From contig OZ242356.1 in the NCBI GenBank assembly GCA_965208785.1, positions 2,562,929 through 2,626,928 on the forward strand: a DNA stretch of 64,000 bases. The letters run 5' to 3'. Origin of the DNA: Acidimicrobiales bacterium. Its GTDB lineage: Bacteria > Actinomycetota > Acidimicrobiia > Acidimicrobiales > Bin134. The position numbers were made by a program, and so were the translations under genes. This document shows positions 55,015 to 61,644 of the stretch, piece after piece. The notes under the pieces were generated by a model. It was not told the origin of the DNA. It made no database searches and worked only from the letters and a program-made list of their open reading frames with translations. Numbering within the stretch: position 1 is the first letter of the stretch; the number at the start of each line of letters is the position of its first letter.

Positions 55015-56214
55015 GTGAACCAGAAGATGGACGAGATCGCCATTCTCGGGGTGGGCATGCACCCGTGGGGCAAGTGGGGCCGCAACTTCGTGGAGTACGG
55101 GGTGAAGGCGGCCCGCGACGCGCTGGCCGACGCCGAGGTGGGCTGGGACGAGATCCAGTTCGTGTCAGGGGCCAACAGCGTGCGCTGCGGCTACCCCGGT
55201 TATGTGTCGGCATCCACCTTCGCCAACGCTCTGGGGTTCACCGGTTGCCAGCTGGCCAGCTCTTATGCGGCCTGTGCTTCGGGGGCCACTGCGCTCAGCA
55301 TCGCCCGTGCCCAGATTCTGTCGGGGGTGTGCGACGTGGCTCTGGTGGTGGGTGCTGAGTCAACCCCCAAGGGGTTTTTCGCGCCCAACGCCGGGGAGCG
55401 CCATGAAGACCCCGATTGGCTCCGGTTCCATCTGGTGGGAGCTACCAATCCGACGTATTTCGCCCTCTATGCCCGGCGTCGAATGGAGTTGTATGGCGAC
55501 ACGTCCGAGGACTTTGCCGCGGTCAAGGTGAAAAATTCCCGCCACGGGGTGTTCAACCCCAACGCCCGCTACACCAAGGAATACGACGCCGAAGACATCG
55601 CCAACTCCCCGATGGTGGCCGACCCGCTGCGGCTGCTGGAGATCTGCGCCACCTCCGACGGGGGCGCAGCGCTGGTGGTGTCCAGTCTGGAATGGGCCGC
55701 CGGCCGGGGGATCGACGACCCGGTGCGGGTGTCGGGCATCTCCACGGTGAGCCCGACCTATCCCAACAGCGTGATCGAACTGCCATATCTGGCGTCGGAC
55801 TCGTGGGCCGCGGTGGGCGATGAGACCATGACATTCAAGGACAACATCGCCTCCCGGGCTTACGAGGAGGCCTCGGTTTCGCCCGACGACCTGGACTTCG
55901 CCGAGGTGTACGACCTGTCTTCCGCCTACGAGCTCGACTGGTACGAGCACATAGGGCTGTGCGAGCGGGGCGACGCCGCCAAACTGCTGCGGGCCGGCGA
56001 CACATCGCTGGGCGGGCGCATCCCGGTGAACCCGTCGGGCGGGCTGGGGGCCTTCGGGGAAGCGGTACCCGCCCAGGCCATCGCCCAGGTGTGCGAGATG
56101 GTGTGGCAGCTACGGGGCGAGGCCGGCCACCGTCAGGTGGACGGCGCCAAAGTGGGCCTGTCCATCAACCACGGCATGTTCGGCCACGGATCGTCGGTGA
56201 TCTGCACCCGCTGA
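55015..56214 (+). CDS. thiolase-like protein (SCP-x / nonspecific lipid-transfer type)
   Basis: GTG 55015 with AAGGGA upstream. 399 aa. IAILGVGMHPWGKW, CASGATAL and NPSGGL segments. Confidence 0.85.
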   Translation: MNQKMDEIAILGVGMHPWGKWGRNFVEYGVKAARDALADAEVGWDEIQFVSGANSVRCGYPGYVSASTFANALGFTGCQLASSYAACASGATALSIARAQILSGVCDVALVVGAESTPKGFFAPNAGERHEDPDWLRFHLVGATNPTYFALYARRRMELYGDTSEDFAAVKVKNSRHGVFNPNARYTKEYDAEDIANSPMVADPLRLLEICATSDGGAALVVSSLEWAAGRGIDDPVRVSGISTVSPTYPNSVIELPYLASDSWAAVGDETMTFKDNIASRAYEEASVSPDDLDFAEVYDLSSAYELDWYEHIGLCERGDAAKLLRAGDTSLGGRIPVNPSGGLGAFGEAVPAQAIAQVCEMVWQLRGEAGHRQVDGAKVGLSINHGMFGHGSSVICTR

Positions 56215-56249
56215 TCGGACAGCCCCACTCTGGGAGGCACCGGAGTCCA

Positions 56250-57485
56250 ATGGCTAAAGTGCCTGTCATGGCGCCACCTGATCTGCTCAGCTCCGACGAA
56301 GACCGCTACGAGGTGTATCGGGTCTACCGGGACGAATACCCGTGCTTCCACGACGAGGCTTCCGATACCTGGTTCGTGAGCCGCTACGCCGACGTGGAGC
56401 ACGTGTTCAAGAATCCGGAATTCAGCACCGACATGTACGAATGGATGATCGAGCCGGCCCATGGGCCGACACTGCTGTCCAAGCACGGCGCCGAGCACTC
56501 CCGCTACCGCAACCTGGTGGCACCCTTCTTTCGGGGGGCATTGCTGGAGGCCGACTTCATGCCCATGATCGAGGCCCAGGCCAAGTCGATGATCGGCCAG
56601 TGGCTGGCTGACGGGAGCTGCGACCTGGTCGAGGGGCTCTCGCGGTACCTGCCCATCAAGGTGATCGTGGCCATGCTGGGCCTGCCCGACGAGGACCACC
56701 CCAAGTTCCAGAACTGGTACGAGTCGATCAACCGGTTCGTGTCCAACATCAACCAGGATCCCGACATCATCGCCGAGGGAGAGCAGACCCGGGCGGAGTT
56801 CGAGGAGTACCTGATGCCGGTGATCGCCGAGCGCCGCCGCAACCCCGCCGACGACCTGCTGTCGAACCTGGCCACCGCCGAGATCGACGGCAGCGGCCTT
56901 TCCGACATCGAGGTCAAGTCGTTCACCAGCCTGCTGTTGACCGCCGGGGGAGAGACCACCGACAAAGCCATCGCCAGCTTGTTCAAGAACCTGCTGGAGC
57001 ACCCCGACCAGCTCGATCAGGTGCGCGACGACCGCTCCATGGTCACAATGGCAGTGGCCGAGACCCTGCGCTACAGCCCCCCGGCCCACTGGATCCAGCG
57101 TCTGCCCCATGAGGAGGCCGAGCTGCCGTCGGGCACCGGCACCATCCCGGCCGGGGCCACGGTGACCGGGATCATCGGGGCGGCCAACCGGGACGAGCGC
57201 AAGTACACCCACACCGATCCCGAACTGTTCGACATCAACCGCAAAGACCTGCCCGCAGCCAGCGCTTTCGCGGCCAACGCCGAGCACACCACCTTCTGCT
57301 TCGGGCGGCACCACTGCGTGGGCTCGTATTTGGCCAAAGCCGAGATTGAGGCCGCGCTCAATATTGTCCTCGATTGCACCGAGAACCTTCGCCTGGCCGA
57401 GGGCTTCAAGGCCAAAGAGGTGGGCGTGTTCCTGAGGGCTCCCGCCGAGCTTCAAGTGGAGTTCGACCCAGTGGCGAGCCGATGA
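56250..57485 (+). CDS. cytochrome P450
   Basis: ORF 55959..57485 trimmed to ATG 56250. I-helix LLTAGGETT, EXXR (ETLR) and heme loop FCFGRHHCVGSYLA. Confidence 0.9.
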   Translation: MAKVPVMAPPDLLSSDEDRYEVYRVYRDEYPCFHDEASDTWFVSRYADVEHVFKNPEFSTDMYEWMIEPAHGPTLLSKHGAEHSRYRNLVAPFFRGALLEADFMPMIEAQAKSMIGQWLADGSCDLVEGLSRYLPIKVIVAMLGLPDEDHPKFQNWYESINRFVSNINQDPDIIAEGEQTRAEFEEYLMPVIAERRRNPADDLLSNLATAEIDGSGLSDIEVKSFTSLLLTAGGETTDKAIASLFKNLLEHPDQLDQVRDDRSMVTMAVAETLRYSPPAHWIQRLPHEEAELPSGTGTIPAGATVTGIIGAANRDERKYTHTDPELFDINRKDLPAASAFAANAEHTTFCFGRHHCVGSYLAKAEIEAALNIVLDCTENLRLAEGFKAKEVGVFLRAPAELQVEFDPVASR

Positions 57486-57578
57486 GGAGTCAGGGGATTG
57501 GTACTGCATAGACGGATTTCCTACTATTAGAAGCTCACACCTTGGACAGCTCTTGAATCGTCCAGAGAGGGGAAAACA

Positions 57579-58883
57579 ATGAAACGATCCTTGTGGAAAC
57601 TGCTCGCTGTCTTGCTGGCGTTCACCCTCATTGCTGTCTCGTGCGGTAATGACGATGACGACGCTGCCGACGAGCCGGCTCCGGCTCCGGCCGCCGAGGA
57701 GCCCATGGATGACGCCGAGGAGCCCATGGATGACGCCGAGGAGCCCATGGACGACGAGCCCATGGATGACGCCGAGGAGCCCATGGACGACGAGCCCATG
57801 GATGACGCCGAGGAGCCCATGGACGACGAGCCCATGGATGACGCCGAGGAGCCCATGGACGACGAGCCCATGGACGACGAGCCCATGTCCTCCGAGCTGC
57901 CGCATATCAAGATCGGCTATCTCCAGTGGATTTACGCTGATGAGGCCGGCAAGCGCATCGAAGATGCGGCCAAAGAGGCGGTTGACTTCCTCGGTTGGGA
58001 CTACGAGACCTGTGATGCGGCTGGCGACCCGGCCCAAATGCCGGTCTGTGGCAACCAGCTCCTAGATGCTGACATCGATGTGATGCTCACTGACGGCATC
58101 CCTGAGGCGTTTATCACCGACGTGCTTGAGCGGGCCGAAGAAGAGGGTATCCCTGTGTTGTCGGCAGGCGGCGAGGTGGACCCCCGCGACTTCTACATCG
58201 CCAGCTTTGCCTCTGACGACACCGACCTAGGTGTGCAGCTCGCGAACTACCTGCTTGAGCAATTCCCCGATGGCGCACGCATCATTGTTCAGGAGGTGCC
58301 GACCGCTTGGAGCGATAAGCGCATTGAGGGACTCAACTCCGTAATCGACGGCAACAACATCGAGATTGTGGATCTCTGGGAAGGTGATTTCAACAACCTG
58401 GTAGCTGGAACAGAGGCCGACGTCACTACCAAGCTCCAGCAGTTCGAGGACATCGACGCTGTGTGGATCAACTTCTCGGTGGCGTCCATCGGAGCGGCGT
58501 CGGCCATTGGCGCCCTTTACCCCGATGGCGATGATCCCGACCGTCCGCAACTGCTGACGTTCTACGCCAACCCAACCACTGTGAATGACATTCGCGGTGG
58601 ACGCGTGGATGCCGCGGTGGACGAGAAGCTGGAGTGGCAGAGTTGGGCCCAGGTGGATGCTGTTGCCGAATGGCTAGTATTCGGCACCACCCCGAGCCAG
58701 GAGCGGGCTCCGGATTATGACGGGCGGAACTTCTCTGTGCGGCAGGTGGTGACCATTGACACAGTCAATGCGATGCCAGCCGACAGCACCGAGGTGCCTG
58801 CGCCCGACCCCCCAGGTGACTACGAGGAACACTTCCGCAACAAGTGGTGCGGACAATTCACCGGAATTGCAAACTGCGGCTGA
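57579..58883 (+). CDS. ABC sugar-binding lipoprotein (type I PBP) with an acidic EPMDD-repeat tether
   Basis: 434 aa. Lipobox LIAVSC, then the repeat tract, then a PBP-like domain (IKIGYLQW..., IPVLSAGG). Confidence 0.85.
   Translation: MKRSLWKLLAVLLAFTLIAVSCGNDDDDAADEPAPAPAAEEPMDDAEEPMDDAEEPMDDEPMDDAEEPMDDEPMDDAEEPMDDEPMDDAEEPMDDEPMDDEPMSSELPHIKIGYLQWIYADEAGKRIEDAAKEAVDFLGWDYETCDAAGDPAQMPVCGNQLLDADIDVMLTDGIPEAFITDVLERAEEEGIPVLSAGGEVDPRDFYIASFASDDTDLGVQLANYLLEQFPDGARIIVQEVPTAWSDKRIEGLNSVIDGNNIEIVDLWEGDFNNLVAGTEADVTTKLQQFEDIDAVWINFSVASIGAASAIGALYPDGDDPDRPQLLTFYANPTTVNDIRGGRVDAAVDEKLEWQSWAQVDAVAEWLVFGTTPSQERAPDYDGRNFSVRQVVTIDTVNAMPADSTEVPAPDPPGDYEEHFRNKWCGQFTGIANCG
57696..57887 (+). repeat. 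in-frame tandem repeat tract (21-bp EEPMDDA units and 36-bp EEPMDDEPMDDA units)
   Basis: GAGGAGCCCATGGATGACGCC x2, then GAGGAGCCCATGGACGACGAGCCCATGGATGACGCC x3, then a partial unit. Total 192 bp = 64 codons. Confidence 0.95.
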
Positions 58884-58925
58884 AGATCTGAACTAGCACC
58901 ATTGGTGTAGGAGAATGCGACCAAT

Positions 58926-58957
58926 GGGCCGGTGGCGAGTTTGACCGCCACCGGCCC
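58926..58957 (+). other. intercistronic stem-loop (12-bp perfect stem, 8-nt loop) between the SBP and permease genes
   Basis: GGGCCGGTGGCG-AGTTTGAC-CGCCACCGGCCC. No U-tract follows. Preceded by a second 8-bp stem (58899..58906 / 58920..58927). Confidence 0.5.
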
Positions 58958-58991
58958 AGTCGCTTTCTAGCGACAACAGGAGGCTTTAGAC

Positions 58992-60005
58992 GTGTCTGAA
59001 ACGGCTTCTACTCCGAAGACATCGGGCCGTTTGGGGAGTTGGCGGGGAGAATTTGATCTTCTTGGGGTGATTTCGCGGTACGGAGTGATCATCACCCTGC
59101 TGGGCAGCATCCTGACCTTCACCGTCCTCAACGACCGATTCATTGAAATCGATGGTATTCGGACCAGTCTAAATCTGGCTTCCCCATTGCTCATGCTGGC
59201 TCTCGGCCTCACCGTCGTCCTGGCCATGGGCGATTTCGATTTATCGATTACCGGCATACAGTCTGCCGCCGGTGCCATGGTGGTGATTTTCATTGTGAAT
59301 CACGACTGGTCATGGCTGCTCGCCATTGTAGTGGGATTGCTGTTTTGCCTGTTCGCTGGATCGCTGAACGGCCTGCTCGTCTCTTATGCAGGCATGCCGT
59401 CATTCATCACCACACTGGCTACGGGCCTCATATTGATTGGGACCAGATATGAGTCAGCCGATGGACGGAATATCACAGGGTCGCAAGACCTGCCAGACAT
59501 CTATCGCGACTTTGGTGTCGGCAAACCAGATCCATGGTTAGAGCTCAATACACCGGTGTGGATTGCCGCTGGCCTAGCCATTCTGATGTGGCTGCTCATG
59601 TCCAAAACCGAGGTTGGGCGCTATATGTACGCCATCGGAGGCAATCCCGAGGCGGCACGACTGTCTGGAATAAATGTCAAGGCATTGCGGGCTTTGGGAT
59701 TTACGGCTGTAGGTTTCATGGCTCTGTTTGCCGCGGTTACTACAACGGCGAGAACTGCTTCGTCGGTGGCAGATAGCGGCTTTTCTACGCTTCTCGGGGC
59801 CTATGCAGCAGCCTTCTTGGGGGCAGCGTCCTCAAAGCGGACGTTGTTCAATGTGCCAGGAACAGTGCTAGGTGTGATCTTCCTGCAAGCAGTCGACAGA
59901 GGACTGATCTTGGAGGGGTACAGCACCGGCGTTCGGGACATTGCCAAGGGCTGCATCCTCTTGTTAGCCATGGCATTCACCCGTATCGGAGCTTCCCGAC
60001 AATGA
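58992..60005 (+). CDS. ABC sugar transporter permease (RbsC-like)
   Basis: GTG start with AGGAGG 8 nt upstream. 337 aa, multi-pass hydrophobic. Confidence 0.85.
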   Translation: MSETASTPKTSGRLGSWRGEFDLLGVISRYGVIITLLGSILTFTVLNDRFIEIDGIRTSLNLASPLLMLALGLTVVLAMGDFDLSITGIQSAAGAMVVIFIVNHDWSWLLAIVVGLLFCLFAGSLNGLLVSYAGMPSFITTLATGLILIGTRYESADGRNITGSQDLPDIYRDFGVGKPDPWLELNTPVWIAAGLAILMWLLMSKTEVGRYMYAIGGNPEAARLSGINVKALRALGFTAVGFMALFAAVTTTARTASSVADSGFSTLLGAYAAAFLGAASSKRTLFNVPGTVLGVIFLQAVDRGLILEGYSTGVRDIAKGCILLLAMAFTRIGASRQ

Positions 60006-61546
60006 CGGTTAATGTCCCAGAAGCGACCGCCCCGCTACTCGAAGTCTCTGAGGTCACCAAGCGCTATCCCGGGGTGTTGGCTGTCGACGACGTGACACTG
60101 ACATTGGCGGCAGGCCAGATCATCGGGCTGGTTGGGAAGAACGGCGCCGGAAAGAGCACGCTAATAAAGATCATTGCCGGGGCTGAGCATGCCGACGAAG
60201 GCCATTTGTGGCTCAACGGCGAGCCGCTGGTGCTGCACCGTCCCCACGATGCAACCGTGGCCGGACTGGCCTTTGTCCACCAAGACTTGCAGGACGTTGG
60301 TGATTTGTCGGTGGCCGAGAACGTGATGCTGGGCTTGGGCTATCCCCGCAAGATGGGGCTGTTTGTGGACTGGGCCGAGTTGTACCGCATGGCCGCCGAG
60401 CCCATTTCCCGGCTGGAAGCAGATATCGATCCCCGCGAACCAGTTGGAGAGCTGAGCGTGGCCAAGCAGCGACTGGTGATGATCGCCCGAGGTTTGGCTC
60501 AGCGGGCCCAGTTACTAGTGCTAGACGAGCCCAGCGCCTCGCTAACCGATGAGGAGATTGACCATCTGTTCGCGGTGGTACGGCGGTTGCGGGATGACGG
60601 AATGGCCGTTGTCTATGTGTCGCATCGGCTGGAGGAGATATTTCAGCTCACCGAGCGGGTGATTGTGATGCGCAACGGCCAACTTGTGGCTGACGAACCT
60701 ACCGCATCACTCAATCGGTCCTCGTTGATCTCTCATATCACCGGCCATGAGCACGCTCAAACAGCTGCCGAACGAAGGGCTAGCCGAGGAGTGGGCGGTC
60801 GCCCCGATACCGATGCGATGTTGGAGGTTGAAGGGCTGAATGCCGATACCGGTGTCCACGACTGCTCGTTCGACGTCCGCAAGGGAGAGATCCTTGGGTT
60901 GGGCGGACTGATGGGCAGCGGCCGAACAGAGATGGTTCGGGCGGTGTTCGGGGCCGATCACCGCCTAGAGGGCACGGTGCGGGTTCACGGCCGGGAAATA
61001 GGCGGCAACCACCCGTCAGAGTCCATGTCGGCGGGCCTGGCGTTGCTGCCCGAAGACCGCAAAACCCAGGGCAACATCATGGACTTCAGCGTGCGCAACA
61101 ACATCACGCTGGCTTCGTTGGATCGCCACCGGGTGCGGCCGCGGGTGCCTTTCCCATCGAGCAGGTCAGAGAAGCAGGCAGCCGACGGTAGAATCGGCCG
61201 CTTGAGCATCGCCACCCCCCACGACCGCCAGCTCGTTCGCCTGCTGTCGGGCGGGAACCAGCAGAAGGTGGTTATTGCCAAATGGCTGGAGCAGGGGGCC
61301 GACGTGCTGATCTTCGACGAGCCGACCATTGGAGTGGACGTGGACGGCAAGGAGGAGATCTACGACATAATGGAGGAGCTGGCCGCTGAGGGGAAGGCCG
61401 TGGTGTTCATCTCCTCGGAGTTCTCTGAGCTGGTCGGCGTGTGCCACCGGGTGCTGGTGCTGCATGAGGGCCGCATCGTGGGCGAGTTGGAGGGCGATGC
61501 TGTGACCGAGCCCGCCATCGTTGAGATCTGCTACAGCCAACACTGA
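60002..61546 (+). CDS. ABC sugar transporter ATP-binding protein (duplicated ATPase)
   Basis: 514 aa. GKNGAGKST and LSGGNQQKVVIAKWL. ATGA overlap with the permease gene. Confidence 0.9.
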   Translation: MTVNVPEATAPLLEVSEVTKRYPGVLAVDDVTLTLAAGQIIGLVGKNGAGKSTLIKIIAGAEHADEGHLWLNGEPLVLHRPHDATVAGLAFVHQDLQDVGDLSVAENVMLGLGYPRKMGLFVDWAELYRMAAEPISRLEADIDPREPVGELSVAKQRLVMIARGLAQRAQLLVLDEPSASLTDEEIDHLFAVVRRLRDDGMAVVYVSHRLEEIFQLTERVIVMRNGQLVADEPTASLNRSSLISHITGHEHAQTAAERRASRGVGGRPDTDAMLEVEGLNADTGVHDCSFDVRKGEILGLGGLMGSGRTEMVRAVFGADHRLEGTVRVHGREIGGNHPSESMSAGLALLPEDRKTQGNIMDFSVRNNITLASLDRHRVRPRVPFPSSRSEKQAADGRIGRLSIATPHDRQLVRLLSGGNQQKVVIAKWLEQGADVLIFDEPTIGVDVDGKEEIYDIMEELAAEGKAVVFISSEFSELVGVCHRVLVLHEGRIVGELEGDAVTEPAIVEICYSQH

Positions 61547-61644
61547 ATGTCTGGCGCTGGTGCGGATTATGTCACTGCTGGTCGGTACTGTGTTCGGCCA
61601 CGGGCTCATTTGAGCCGAGTGCAAGACTGGCCACAGAGGCGGCT

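Noticed and set aside
56133-58037. 634-aa minus-strand ORF containing a striking GLVVHGLLGVIH repeat
   Set aside because: The repeat is simply the reverse-complement reading of the EPMDD tandem repeat. The rest is antisense to the P450 gene. No start or RBS context supports it.
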